A DNA stretch of 64,000 nucleotides, from positions 248,001-312,000 of the forward strand of contig MU057560.1 of the NCBI GenBank assembly GCA_013265495.1, read 5' to 3'. The first letter of the stretch is position 1; every line of letters starts with the position of its first letter. Position numbers and translations under genes: made by a program. The notes below the pieces were generated by a model. The model did not search any database. It saw only the letters and a list, made by a program, of their open reading frames with translations, and was not told where the DNA came from. The DNA is from Vicugna vicugna. Taxonomy: Eukaryota. Positions 1 to 13,217 of the stretch are shown piece by piece.

Positions 1-2239
1 TACCTGTTTTGTCTACACTTAGAGGTTTTTATAAGGGTCGAATGAGATAATAGGGCTTGAAAGCATTTGGAAAATATCCAAAGGGAAGCTTCTATGATTA
101 ACGACCCTGATGGCCATTCCGATGACATCAGCGGGGGGACACTGGGCAAAACAGACTTGCCAGTGCTTAACTCCAGGCATGGCGGTGACTACAGCAGTGA
201 GTACATATCAAGTCTTTTTTTCTTTATGTTTTCAATATAGATATAAGAAACTTGTAGATTTTTTTAACCTCAAAAGTTTTAACTTTAAATAAGCTTTTTT
301 TTTCATCTGTTATATAAGATGGCCCTTTTCCTCTCACTTTGCTATATACAATTTTGATGATCAAATTACACAAACCTTACTTTTTGAAGCTGTTTTATTA
401 TTTTATATTAAACTGGACATATGTTTATGTATCTCTCACCTGCTGAGAATGTCAGCATCTACTTTGTTTTGACATTTAACATAAAGAGAAATCTGATTTA
501 TTTTTCAGCACGATTTAGGCTTAAATGAAGTTATCTTTCCTTCATTTATGTGCAAATGTCTACCTCCCTGTAAGATTTTCCCAACATCTCAGAGTGTTCT
601 CATGGAATCACAAACTAAACAAACTAATAGGGCATTTTAAGGTTTGAGCACGGAGTTCCCTGTTCAAATGAGCTGGAGGAATTCATGGATTAAAAGGAAA
701 CAATTCCCTGAAGACTTTACCCCTATCGGGTGTTGGATTGTGGTTGCGGCAGAAAAACAGCAAGTTGAAAGCAGCGTGTGGGTAGAGGAAAGAAAAAAAA
801 AAAACAAACAAAAAAATCCAGAAATACCTAATTATGCGATCTGCCTAAATGTAACCAGGTAGAAGAGAGATGCCACATGCAGGACACCTTTCCACGCTCA
901 GCAGTGTCACCTCTCACAAAACACGCATAAATAAGTGGGTAAAAATGCTGCAAGTCAAACCCTAGGAATTTAGGAAGTGTTTGGCTTTTTTTCTTTCATT
1001 TGAAAATGATCCTGCCATCTCTTAAAATTTCTAAGCAACGCCTACGTAGTATATACATGCTCTTTAATTCATGGTCTCTGAGTAGACCCGGCCCCACCAG
1101 GCCTTCCTCTCGGGGCCTGGAGAGCATGTGTTTTCCCGCTGAGAGCCCCTCCAAGCTCGGTGGTGTGGCCTTTTCAAATTGAACTTGAACCACTTGGTAT
1201 GCAAGTTCTTTTGGTCCTGGCCAAACATGACTTCCTGTTTCTGAGAAGAAGGGCTTAAAGAGTCTCATAAAAAGACTCAAAGGGCTTCTTGGATATCAAA
1301 GGGTCCTTACAAAACATTGTTTGACGAGTTAAGTGTATGGAATAAGAAACACACGGAATTCATTTCCTTCAAAATGCACATGGGATTAAGAATTATGGAG
1401 AAAAGGGCTTAGGAAAATACATTTGAGTTTTTATCAAACTTAACTTAAAATGTGTAAAACATAACTTGAGTTGCATTAAATATATAAATCATGGCTAAAA
1501 TTATCTCTTAAAATGTGCAACTGTTTATACACAAATACACTCAGAGAGAAGATGAACCTATAAAATAAAGTGATAGATTTTTTAAGGTTCATAATAGAAA
1601 TTTTACATCCAAATGAATCTTTGTTTCAAAACAGACAGCTTGCAAAGCGCTTACACAATGCAACATTCCCGCACCCCTCTGCCTCCCACCCCAGCACCGC
1701 CACCTACAAAGCAACATGCCTTCTTTGTTGCAAAGTTGTCTTCAGAGTTTGGAAAACATGGTTTTGAATAGTTTCAGCCTTCATTTTATGGCTATATTTG
1801 GGGAAAAAACACACACATTTCACTTAACATCAAGTCTCCTGTATAAATTAAGTGATAAATTTGGGAATTCTAATTTAGGCTTAAGAAAATCAGATGTGAT
1901 TTCATTGTGGGTCTCTTAACTGGTTCTCTGACAGTCACAACACAGGAGATCCAAAAGCATTTAGAGCCATGGAATCATTCTTAGAAGAAACAATCAGTCT
2001 TATCAGATGATTACTCCAAAGGATGATACCCATTTACATGGTTGTATTTTGTGACATCTGGTCAAAACACATCCTCTTACTTTATAATGACTGTGTGTTT
2101 TGATGTGTGTGCATATGTGTTAGCATAAAAAATAAGACAGAAAACACTGAAGCACTGACAAGGGGGAACCCTCCAGGTGGTAGGATTATGGGTAATTTTT
2201 CTTTTTCGTACTTATCAGTGATCAACTTATTTTGATTGT

Positions 2240-2362
2240 TATTTTGGGAAAGGTAATTAGGTTTATTTATTTATTTATCATTAGCGGAGTTACTGGGAAT
2301 TGAACCCAGGACTTTGTGCATGCTAAGCATGCACTCTACCACTTGAACTATACCCTCCCTCC
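2240..2362 (-). mobile_element. tRNA-derived SINE, camelid Vic-1-like
   Basis: Minus strand reads GGAGGGTATAGTTCAAGTGGTAGAGTGCATGCTTAGCATGCACAAAGTCCTGGGTTCAATTCCCAGTAACTCC (Pol III A and B boxes), then (TAAA)n and CCTAATTACC tail. Confidence 0.85.
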
Positions 2363-2396
2363 ATCAATGCTATCATAACTGTCTGTTATTAGCACC

Positions 2397-2645
2397 CACT
2401 GTCATGCTGGTAAGTGTTTTACAGCTGACTCTCAAATAAAGAAAGAAAGAAAGAAAGAAAAAGGAGAAAAAAGAAAAAAAGCAAACCTTGATCTCTGATC
2501 TGTAGTGTTTGACAATTTCCATGGTGTCAATACACCCATTGTGGCTTATTTTGTGTCCAACTCAACAACAGTGAACACATCTTTGGGAAGGTTGTCCCTA
2601 ATTGCCTCTTGTAAGTCTATGCAAATCATCTCCAGCAAACCACTG
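2397..2645 (-). mobile_element. MER63-like hAT non-autonomous DNA transposon with internal (GAAA)n expansion
   Basis: Ends CACTGTCATGCTGG and CCAGCAAACCACTG resemble the CAGTGGTGTGCTGG terminal inverted repeats; the internal TTTCCATGGTGTCAATAC segment matches recalled MER63 consensus. Confidence 0.6.
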
Positions 2646-3668
2646 GAGTGCCTGTTCCTTTCATAAGCCAGAGGTTATTTTGCATTAAAAGAAAATGAGA
2701 ATATAAGACATACATAAAATGCGACTCTATGTTTTTTTTAACATATATATGCTTTTAAATAGAGAAATGATTAACTAAGTTGTTAAAAATGGTTATTTCT
2801 GTTTCATGGTATTAAAATAGACAAATACATATGGCACTTGTCATCTTAAAATTAGCCTCATAATTTGGATGGCCATATAATTTATTGTCTAAACTCTGAG
2901 AACATAAGAGCGAAAAAAGAGATTATTGTTAGTTTTGCAGGGAAACAGACATAACTGAAACTCTCCCTAGAAAACCAGAAAGTATGGCCATCCAACTTAT
3001 CTAGGTACTTTTGAGAAATCCTCACCGTGACGCAGACCCAGACCCTTAGGCTAGTATTGAGGGAAGTGTCATGCATTGAATCTTTATCTTGTTATTTCTG
3101 GTCTGTTCAATGTGCATTCAGCTCCTAGTATGTGATAAGACCTGTGATACTGGTGGGAATAAAGAGCCTGAATCCGTATAATGCAGCACAATTTGGTAAG
3201 TAAAGTAATAGGTATTTTGTTAGACACGGAAGATCGTCGGGAACCTTGAGACTTCAGAATGAAAACTAAGGCACGGTCTCACGTTCAATGACGTATGTGG
3301 GCAAAGGGAGTTGGGGTCCCCACCAAACTATTTCTACTTTTCCTTGAGATAAGTGGTTACCTCTCCATATTTAGTAAGAAGAAAGAAAACATCCTGGATT
3401 CCGAGGCTGAAACTTCACTTCCACTTATGTTTTGAATCTGGAAAAAGAGAACCACTTCTGTTCAGTCTATAGAAAATCTACATAAATCCTATACATTATT
3501 CCAGGATAGGGTTGACTCATTATTTAAAGACTAACTCAATTCTCATGACCTTCCTGAGCCTTTACTGATGCACGTTGGTCAAAATAATCCCTCTCTAATG
3601 GGTCTGATGGTGTTTGCGGTTGGTGCTATCCTATAGCCGTATCCCTGTTGGAGATGTACTGTCCTTTA

Positions 3669-4123
3669 CAGGCATCCCGGGAGATGCTGTGGTTTTGGTT
3701 CCAGGCCACCACAAGAGAGCGATTGTCGCCAAAAAAGTGAGTCACGCAAATTTTTTGGCTTCCCAGTGCATATAAAAGTTATGTTTACACTGTGCTATAG
3801 TCTGTTGAGGGTGGATTAGTGTTCCTAAAAAAACAATGCCAATACCTTAGTTAAAAATACTTTATTGCTAAAAAAATTGCTGTCATCTGACCCTTAAGCA
3901 AGTCATCATCTTTTTGCAATAGTAACATCAAAGATCACTGATCACAAATCACCATAACAAATATAATAATAATGAAGTTTGAAAAATTATGAGAATTACC
4001 AAAATGTGACACAAAGACACAAGGTGAGTGAATATTAGAAAAATGTGCTAATAGACTTGCTCAACACAGGGCTGCCCACAGACCTTCACTTTTGAGAAAG
4101 CACAATAAAATGTGGTCTGTCTG
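3669..4123 (+). mobile_element. Internally deleted Tigger1-type (TcMar) DNA transposon, Tigger1a_Art-like
   Basis: TA|CAGGCATCCCGGGAGATG...TTCCCAGTGCATATAAAAGTTATGTTTACAC matches one Tigger1 end; AATAGTAACATCAAAGATCACTGATCAC...CACAATAAAATGTGGTCTGTCTG matches the other. No transposase ORF. Confidence 0.85.
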
Positions 4124-4199
4124 CTGCAGAATGTTTGTTGTTGATACTTAGCACATTTTCTCTCTGATTTGGTTAATTCCTCCCTATGTTTTAATTTCT

Positions 4200-4335
4200 C
4201 AACTGAACTGAAAATGGAAAGTTCTGTAAAGACAAGATTTTTAATCTAATATCTGCCTTCCTTTACAAACTGTCTAGGATCATGTTTGGCTCATGGCAAT
4301 AGCTAAATACACCTTCATTTATTAATGGATTGAAA
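4200..4335 (+). mobile_element. L2 LINE 3' end fragment (degenerate)
   Basis: Weak match to the L2 terminal region, ending in ATTAATGGATTGAA. Confidence 0.35.
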
Positions 4336-4920
4336 ATCACTTTGGAATCTATGTATTAAGCACAATATAGGCTAGTGAAGACCAGTTCATACTCCGAATA
4401 TCAATATAAGTAAGAAATTTAATAAATCCAGATCTAATTTTATGGGACCGAGTGAGAACTCTGGTAAGTCAAAGGGAGATGAGAAATATAGTCTCACCCA
4501 AAGTGAACAAAGTCTTGGATTCTGCTCCTAAGACAAGCTCTTTATAAGCTTGAACAGTGTGGTCACAGTCAGGGAGCTGTGCTGTGTTGTGGGTGCTGTT
4601 TGGGGTTATAACTTTTCACCTAATATTTCATGTGAATGCTGTGCAGTGACATCAGGTCAGGGTAAGTCCAGACTTCCAGAATCAGCTGCCGCCTGTCACC
4701 AGATGGCCTGGTGTCCCAGGACAGGACAAGAAAGCAGGGACTTAACCTTCCCTTCAACCCCAAAGGGTCTGCACCTGATCCGTGGTTCCAGGCTGACCTT
4801 CCATCACACTGTCTGGCTCAGTTTCCCTGGTAAACCAGCAAAGGTGAACTTGTTACTAGGGAACCCTCCTTAGGATAACATGGCTACGACTGGACCTTGT
4901 GTCAAAACACGAAGGGGCTT

Positions 4921-5020
4921 GGGGGTACAGTTGAATGGCAGAGTGTGTGCTTAGCACGCATGAGGTCCTGGGTTCAACCCCCAGCACCTCCATTAAAAAA
5001 AAGTAAATAAAGAAAAACCT
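4921..5020 (+). mobile_element. Vic-1-like SINE
   Basis: GGGGGTACAGTTGAATGGCAGAGTGTGTGCTTAGCACGCATGAGGTCCTGGGTTCAACCCCCAGCACCTCCATT followed by an A-rich tail. Confidence 0.85.
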
Positions 5021-5554
5021 TAAAGTTATGTTATAAAGTAAAAGAATGATAATGATAAGTAAACAAATAGGTAAATTTTTTAAATTTAAAAGTAAACTGG
5101 AAGGAACAACAAATGAGGTATAAATAGCTGATGCACACCGTGCTTTGGGCTCCCCGGAAAGTGGTGACCCCTGTAACTGGTCTGTCTTTATGTCTGTGAA
5201 ACTGACTGACCAAGGGCCTGACTCAGTTTAGGGTCTGAGGTTTTAATCCGGAAGATTTTAAGCCAGGGCAGCTCCTGGGCCGCCCCAGGTGGGTCTGCTC
5301 TCCTCACACCTGTGTGGGTCCTGTGCCTGCGCCGCTGCCGGGTCCCCGCTGTGGCCGAGGAAAACCCGGCTGCACGTGGCCAGGTCTGGCCCCTCCTCTG
5401 TTCTTCTGAGCAAACTGGAGCCGGGTGTGGCCCTGGGTCATCTTGTGGCTGGAGTTTGTACCCTGGGGGGCAAAGGCCTGTGCACAGCGCAATATGGAGT
5501 CACTACAGTGACTTTCTGATGCGTTTTTTAAAAACTTTTTATTATATTATTTAA

Positions 5555-5681
5555 CTATTTTATTTTGGTGTGGGGGGTAGTCAGGTCTGCTTATTTTTTG
5601 AGGAGGTGCTGGGGATTGAACCCGAGACCTCGTGCGTGCTGAGCATGTGCTCTGCCACTTGAGCTGTGTACCCTTCCCCCC
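5555..5681 (-). mobile_element. Vic-1-like SINE
   Basis: Plus strand GGAGGTGCTGGGGATTGAACCCGAGACCTCGTGCGTGCTGAGCATGTGCTCTGCCACTTGAGCT is the reverse complement of the SINE body; T-rich tail on the left. Confidence 0.85.
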
Positions 5682-7192
5682 TCTGACGCAATGTTGGATC
5701 AAGAATTTTTTGGGAATTGAAATAAATATATCACACATATCTCTTCAGTTAGTATGTTTTCAAATGCGTATGTAAGCTCAAAACGAAGTACATGAAAATG
5801 CTGAGGAATTTAATATATTGGGTTATAATCGTGTACTTACCTACCACCATATTATTATTCTATGGTGGTTATATAAAAATGTTTTGACTCTGAAACGTAT
5901 TTATTTGCTCTCAGGGTTTCCTCTAGATGTAGCATTCTGTGACTTTTATGATTATGTGCACTGTAATATCATGACGATTATTAATATGAAATGTGTTGTC
6001 ACTAACATTTTGGCCAACTGAAAAACCAACAGATTCTCAGGATTCCATGCAAAAACATTTTCCTCAAATGCTAGCTTATGGAAAGCAGGATAACCAGAGG
6101 TGGCTTTCATTGCTTTGAAAAGAAGCAGTGTCTTCTGAAGTAAAGAAAAGTTGAAAAGAGTGTAGTATGTATTTATCATACGTTAAGTATTATACTGACA
6201 TGTGCTCAGATAACACACATTTATAATATGAATGTGAGTATTCTTAAACTCTAGGATAATTTTTAATTTTTTAAAAATTAAAAGCATCTACTCTTTCTCA
6301 TTTCTCGTGACCACTGTATGCAGAGCTGAAGCGGTGTCCTCTGGGTGATCTCTGGCCCACGGGGGCAGGCCGAGGGATTCAGAAGGTAACTGGATCTCAA
6401 AATGCATAGAATTCTGTGGATGGAAATCCCATAATTGCACCCAGAAACACACGGGAGAGTGGCACGGACTGGAATGGTTCACAGACTCTTCGATGCTTCT
6501 TGCCAGAGCAGCTGCCGCACCAACATGGCCATAAGGAGCGCAAGCAGACGACTCGCGTTTCGCCACATATGGCGGTGCTCAGCTGCACAGAAATCTGGAC
6601 CAGGGAGGAGAGACTCACAGGGGAAACCCGATGTTCTCAAATAACAGAGCTCACTGAGCTCTTCATGCCTGCGTCTGGGCATCTAACTAACAAAAGAGCT
6701 GGGATCTGAAGAAATACTTGCCCTCCAAAAGGACAGCATACTTTCCTTTTCATAGATGGTACATTTCTTTCTAAATACCACACCCTCCAGCCAAGACACA
6801 GGAAGGGGTACTTCCCTATTTCCCAATCCAGCCTCCATCCAAATTATTTAGATCATGTGTTACATGTGACGATCCTACAAAGTGTCAGGAAATAGAAAAT
6901 GAGGGACCGTGGAAGAAAGGAGGCATCAGAAGAAAAGGAGAGTGGGGTCACGATGACTTGAGACCCCCCCCACGCAAAGGCTTACTTCTGCCAAAGGCCA
7001 TTCCTTTTCCCAGTTTTCCTTTCCACAGAATTTCCTAGTGAGGCATCAACAAAGAGACCTGGGATTTTAGAGCATCTTGAATAGATCAGAGGGAATTCAG
7101 ATGAATTGAAAGGAAAAAGTGGCCCCAATCATTTGAAGGTCAGGGCCCCCAGGGAAGGAAGGTCAGACATTCATGAACCAGCAGCTATTACT

Positions 7193-7425
7193 AAAAACAA
7201 AGGAGAGGGTAAGAAAAGGAAGAGACACAAAACAGGGAAGTGGAGTAGCAAGAAAAGAAATGTGAGAAGCAGAGAGAAGAAGGCGGAAAGGAAGATGGCG
7301 TCAGAAAAGGAAGGGAAGGGAGAGCTGATCAAACCAAAGAAGGAGACAGAGAAGAACTGAGGATGAGATGGACAAAGGAGGATGGACCAAAGGAATAAGA
7401 AGGGAAGAGAAGGAAGGGAAGGAAC
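7193..7425. repeat. Purine-rich (GA) low-complexity tract
   Basis: About 230 bp strongly enriched in A/G on the plus strand; it produces the spurious K/E/R-rich ORF 7106-7360. Confidence 0.7.
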
Positions 7426-9699
7426 AGACCCAAAGATGCTGCCTAGTTTGAGTATTAAAAACAAGGCAGATACCAAATCCCCAGCTCAGCACAGGGCATG
7501 CCTCTGGATGCAGATGTGACAGAATATAATAAAAGGCTCTTTTATCAAAGACTGGTGATTGACAGAGTCATGAATCAGAGCTCTATGATGACATTTTGTT
7601 GAAAAAAAGTATCTTGCCACAGATTTATTAGTGCTTGCAGAAACTGGAAGTCTGCTTAATGTCTTCAACACCATCCACTTTCTTTAGTAGGGATCCAGGC
7701 TCGTAAAACCAACACAGGAGATCATCTGTTCTCATGATCCTTTTGTGCCTGACTTGTTACTCTTTGTCACAGGGAACTTGAATGCATGCCCGTGGGCTGT
7801 GTGTTTGCTAAGTGTTTTTCTCCGTGTCACTTATCAATCTGTAGGAAATCATTAGTCCTGGTAGATATAAGATCATTGACATCATTTAGAGCAACGTACC
7901 CAGGGCATTTTATCCCCAATTCAGTAATCTCAGCCTCTGAGTGCCTGGATTTTATTTTAATCCCAAAGACAAGATAGATACATACATAAAAAGAAAATTG
8001 CACATGACTAGAATTCATAAGGTGAGCTTCAGGTGCAGGACAGTTACGGCCACATTCCCATCACTCTGTGCTCCTTGACTTGGATTCAGGGAACAGCTGG
8101 AGCAAGTACCAGGGCCAGAGAGCTGTCCGCTGGACAAGCCCGCACAGCGGGCCGGGGGGGAGGGAAGCTGTGCATGTCAATGCCGTGGAGGGACTTCACT
8201 GAACAGCTTCATAGAACCGCCCTTTTGGTGAAGTATCATCACAATTCAGTGCACAAGAAGGCTTTACCATCCTAAGCACACACATTAGTGGGGAGATAAT
8301 GATGCGTTCCGACCCCTCTTCCGTCAGTCCCTGCAACCCTCACCCCAGCCATTTTCTAAAGCAGTTGAAAATTGCCGGTTAAGAACTCTCAGCCATGTTT
8401 GTCACAAGATGTTTCAATACGTAGATCAGCGCTGCGGGCTTGAAAAGACATATCATATCGAAGCCTCATTGTGTTAAGGATCCATTTTTTAAGAGAGTTC
8501 TTGTGTATAAATTAAGAATTCAATAGACTCTATCAGCTTCAAGGGTTAGTGATGAAAAAGTATATACTTTCAAAACTGTTGATGTGACAAGTGTGCTGTT
8601 GTCAATTATTTAAATACAGATTTCTTAAAAGTTGAGGAGGTGCACATGCTAAGTCTTCTCTGAAGCTGCGAGAGGAATTAAGACATCAGTCATGCGAAAA
8701 GGTAGATTCTAACTGAGGAGTAATCAATCACTCCCCAAAGCTCAGTTCTTGGAGAACAGAGTGCAGGCTGTCCGTGATGGCTGCCCAGATGGCCGGTCAG
8801 GGGGACGGAGTGCTGCTGAGATGTGTGGGGCTCTCCACCCTCCTGGGCCTCCCATCCATCCACGTCTGCTCCCTGCCAAATGGAACAGGGCTGCCACCCC
8901 AGCCATGCGTGACTCCCTTCCCTGCTGTTGCCCCCTTCCATCTGGCCCGGGAAGTGCCCTGCACTCGGGCTGCCTTCTCGCCCTCCCCACAAGTGATGCC
9001 ACCAGCTGGCCGAGGAGCTGAGCTGGCAGGAAGTGGGCAAGGCCATGGCCCAAGGCCAGCCATTGTCACTCAACTCAGCGTCATTTCTTCCCTTTCCTCT
9101 TTTCCTCCCTTGGCTTCTCGTTCCTGTCCTGGATATTCTTAACCAAAGGAAGCGGGGAAACTAAATAAGTTAAAGCAAGGCAACAATAATAGTAAAGCCT
9201 CCAGAACTTTCCATCTTCTAAAGACATCTTTGATGCTTTCTGGAGTTTGGTCCAATTCTGCAGGGGAAAGATTATGCTGCTGAACTTCTGTGGGGATTTA
9301 TTCCCTGTACTCACGCCACACTCCACCTTGTGCATAGCCCCTTCCCCAAACTGGCCCTGTAGAAACCACCGCCGTGACTGCCATGTTTTCTTCTTTAGCG
9401 AAACTACTGCATCTCATTGCACCCTTGCAGACTGCCGAGGTGGCTCCCTGTTGGGAGTTTACAGAATTGGTTCTGATAAGGCTTGCTTGCCAATTTTGTG
9501 GTAATTTCTCTGCCATCTTTGTCTTGCTTTTATGATTGGATTCTCAACCCCCAGAGAAGGGCAGCTGGGCACCTGTGAAGAGTCACGGTTTCTGCCATTT
9601 CTCCAAGTGGAGTTAAAAAGAGCATGGCCAGAGCACTCAGGCAGCAGGAGTGACTTTCCAGAAACTCAGTTCCTTGTAGGCAGGGGATATGCTTAAATG

Positions 9700-9925
9700 T
9701 TAGTGTCAGAAAAGCTCACCATCTCAGCTATTTCATGTACCAGTTGTACGGTCTTGAGCAAATTTTATGATTGCATAAATATCAGTTTATTTATTTGTAA
9801 AAGAGAAAAAAATGTACTGTTTACCTAGTAAGACTCTGGAGATTAAAAAATTAATCTATAATATGTGCTTAGAAGAATGTCTGGAACAGAGTCAATTCTC
9901 AATATTTGTTAGATATTCTTTTTAT
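9700..9925 (+). mobile_element. MIR SINE
   Basis: Degenerate MIR core (CAGTTTATTTATTTGTAAAAG) and 3' tail (GTGCTTAGAAGAATGTCTGGAACAGAGTCAATTCTCAATATTTGTTAG). Confidence 0.65.
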
Positions 9926-10029
9926 TTTGTTGTTATTATTGTATTATTGCCATGTCTGTGATCTCACGGCCTCTCATGGCTTTGCATTCCTTGAAATGGC
10001 TCAATATATGTTGCATCTTAATTTTCTTT

Positions 10030-10500
10030 GATTGAGTTATTCTTTGATTAAAGTTTGAAAACACATATGTAAATGCAAATATTTAAGCAATACAAAGAAT
10101 AGATATTAAACATCAAGTCTCCTGTCCAACACTCCAAACCTCCTTTTTCTGAAACAATCAGTTAGCTATTATTCATGTGCCTTTATAAAAAATTCTGTTG
10201 AAACCATCTTTACGCTCTTCCCCAAGCCCATACTTCTGTCTTCACACAGAAATGATCACTATCTTGAATTTTATATCCATTTACCTTGCTTTCATTTTTA
10301 ATAATTTTACCATGCCTAACTCCAAATAATATTTTTTCAGTTATGCTTATTTTAAGCTTTGTTAAAAAAATTATTCACTTTTTAAATTTATTTTTAATGA
10401 ATAGGAGCATGTTATTCATATTTTTCAAACTTTCTCTTTCTTAACAATATTTTTTTTTAAGTATTGGAGTAAATTGTGTGACTCAGAAATTTCTCATCAT
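10030..10500 (-). mobile_element. Ancient L1 (L1ME-like) 3' region, degenerate
   Basis: T-rich stretch with ATCACTATCTTGAATTTT and related motifs typical of antisense L1ME 3' UTR. Confidence 0.4.
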
Positions 10501-12246
10501 TGTGAACTGATGATGATAGAAATAAGATTAATTTTTAAAACCAATGATACCTTGAAATAATATTATTTTACTGTATCTTCTATAATAATTTTTTTCTTTT
10601 TTGGGGCCTCTTACATATTTGGAAACCAAATGGTTAAACACTGCTACCGCTTCTAAGTGACAAAGGAGGTGCAAAGAGATGAGAGCTGGAATTCCAGCTC
10701 ACTTCCTCCTCAGCAGAATAGGCCACAGGCGATGCTGGAGCTGACGGGTCCATCACATCTATGAGAGCTCCAAATATATCCATTATTTGGGATCACAGGT
10801 TAATAATGACTCTCATACAGATATGAATGCTGTTGGTTGACCCTAAAATGAAATTAACTGTTGTGTTTCTAATCATTCTAGTTAGTCCTTCAGGTTACTA
10901 TTAAAATAGGCATAGTGTTGATGGTGTATATATTCCTGTATATTCAAAATAATTAGCTTTTGATACTCTCGATGAGACAGCTATTAGACTAACAGCACTA
11001 TAGACTTGGAAGCACAGACCCCAAACTCGTGGTGCTCACAACAACTCAGTACTGAAACACATCTGATCTCTGCAAGGGTGTTAATTATAAGTCCTCGTAC
11101 GGCTGTCTGAGCATCACAGCGGAAGGGTGCGTGAGCGAGCGAGCTTAAAGTCAGCGCCTGGAGCCCTTTAGGAAACAGAGACACTCCTGAGAGCCGTTGC
11201 AGCTAGAGAAAACCTAGAGGAATGGATGAATCAGCCCTAGAAAAAATTACTTATTTATTTTTTGTGGTTTGCATGCATCAACCTTACCAAATCGCTTTAC
11301 GCTCAGTATTTAATTTGTTTCATACTTTCCTGGAAGAAAGAGAAAATATTTCAGTTAAGAACATTTAGGTAAAGACAACTAAAACCATGAGATGAGACGT
11401 GCTCACACTGATGTATCAACCAGTCTGAGAAAGCCCAGTCTCGGGTCGCTGCCTGGGTTGATTGCTTCATTTTCATCATTTCTTCCCTCCTCCCTCCCTC
11501 CCTCTCTTCCTGTATTCCACACCTGATGACAAGCTACTGCACGCCAGGCTTTATGGATGCCACTGTTAGGCTCTGGGGCACCAAATCCGTCACAATCACC
11601 TGAATTCAGATTAACAAAGAAGCAAATACTTTTTGATCCTTTTGAATATGTGTATTTGTAATGGAAGGATGAGTTTGGTGAAAAAAGAGGGAAGTCAAAG
11701 ATGTGTATCAAATGACTTAAACATCTTATTATACCTGGAACTCCACTTACTCACGTGCTTGTTTCTAATATGTCTTAAGACATAGTAAGAGGCAAATTCA
11801 ACTGAGAGAAACCCCTCTCGTGATGGACGAAATAACTCTGTACTCTGTACATAACCTGTACAAAGGAGCAGAGGGAATAAAAGCACCGGTTTACCTGTGG
11901 ATAGAGCATCGGAGTGTCTACAACACAGCACATGACTTAAAGGAAACTTCGATTTCCCTCTCCTCTCTCCCTTTTGCCATCTGGCTGCATCTGCGATGTT
12001 AACCCACTGAGTGGGATGACGCAAGCCGGGGAAAGCCGCTTGACCGTGAGGTTGCTGGGAAGCACAGGCGTTCTCCTTCTTTAAGACCAACTGGGTAGAG
12101 ACAAGAAGAACCAAAATCATTTAAGAAGTAGAGCAAAGGGGAAGCACACAGTAGGGAAGGAATTATGGCAGAAACGCAGTCTGTGCTTGATGAGCTGGTC
12201 CTCGTACCGGGCTCCTTACTAAGTATATACAACATTAGATGATTTT

Positions 12247-12284
12247 TTATGTGTGTAGGGGGAGGAGAAGTCATTAGGTTTATT

Positions 12285-12383
<99 letters not shown>

Positions 12384-12464
12384 AATGGCAGTGTTGGGAA
12401 TTTAACCCAGGACCTCATCACGCTAGGCAGGCATGCTACCACTGAGCTATAACGTCCCTCACCC
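12247..12464 (-). mobile_element. Vic-1-like SINE with expanded internal microsatellite
   Basis: AATGGCAGTGTTGGGAATTTAACCCAGGACCTCATCACGCTAGGCAGGCATGCTACCACTGAGCTATA; degenerate target-site duplication AACATTAGATGATTTT (12231-12246) and AATATTAGCTAATCTT (12465-12480). Confidence 0.85.
12281..12382. repeat. Compound tetranucleotide microsatellite (ATTT)n(ATCT)n
   Basis: Directly visible; lies in the SINE's A-rich linker. Confidence 0.97.
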
Positions 12465-12645
12465 AATATTAGCTAATCTTGCAAACATTATGCAAAATGA
12501 AATAAATCAATCACTGAGACCTTATGTTGTATTATTCTACATGTGTGGAAGGTCCCAGTCCAGCCTATAGACACACAGAAAGTATATTAGCAGAGCTCGG
12601 GTGGGAGCAGTAAAGGGGAGCCAGGAGTGAGTAGGGCTTATTTTT
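12465..12645 (+). mobile_element. L1MB-like LINE 3' UTR fragment, part 1
   Basis: CTTGCAAACATTATGCAAAATGAAATAAATCA...ACACAGAAAGTATATTAG resembles the L1MB 3' UTR; probably continues left of the SINE (about 12215-12246). Confidence 0.6.
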
Positions 12646-12769
12646 TCAAAACTCTTATTTTTATTTTAAAAATTTTAATTATTATATTTTAAATTTCTAA
12701 TAGCTCATTATCTTATTTGATCAAATTACTTTTGAACCTTAATTTTTTTTATCCAACTAATAAAGATCT

Positions 12770-12915
12770 TTAGCTGCATGGCATTATGAAAGCTATCAAA
12801 CCTCCCTGTGTCTTGGTTTCCTTATCTGTAAAATGGGGGCAGTAATAATGTATCTGTATCAGAATAATGTTGTGTACATTAAATCAGTTAACATATAGGA
12901 GGAACTTGACACATG
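12770..12915 (+). mobile_element. MIR SINE fragment
   Basis: CTCCCTGTGTCTTGGTTTCCTTATCTGTAAAATGGGGGCAGTAATAATG is the MIR core. Confidence 0.8.
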
Positions 12916-13023
12916 TTTCATGAATATAGAATATATAGAGAGAGTATATGTAAAATTATTATATAGTTTCATGTTTAATCATTTAAAAAAATCTAGGTGG
13001 GAAACCATGTTGTTAAAAATTAG

Positions 13024-13200
13024 TGCCTCAGACTAGGTTTTCCAGAAGCAGATCCTGAGACAGGATTTCTAGAGAAGGTGTGATCTCAGGTGACACAAGG
13101 GCAGGGAAAGGAGATGGGTGAAGATGGGGCTCGGCTGTGGTCCAGCCTCAGTCTGATCCCTCAGGACCTTGGATGGTGAACAGCACCATAGAATCTTCCA
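13024..13200 (-). mobile_element. ERVL-class LTR fragment (LTR16/LTR33-like)
   Basis: TGCCTCAGACTAGGTTTTCCAGAAGCAGATCCTGAGACAGGATTT resembles the terminus of this LTR group. Confidence 0.45.
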
Positions 13201-13217
13201 GAAAGAAAATCAACAAG

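Noticed and set aside
4921..4995. tRNA-like sequences with A and B boxes (also near 2290, 5600, 12390 and 16420)
   Set aside because: Diverged, with A-rich tails and TSDs: SINE copies, not tRNA genes.
7106..7476. Lys/Glu-rich ORF and antisense hydrophobic ORF
   Set aside because: Products of a purine-rich low-complexity tract.
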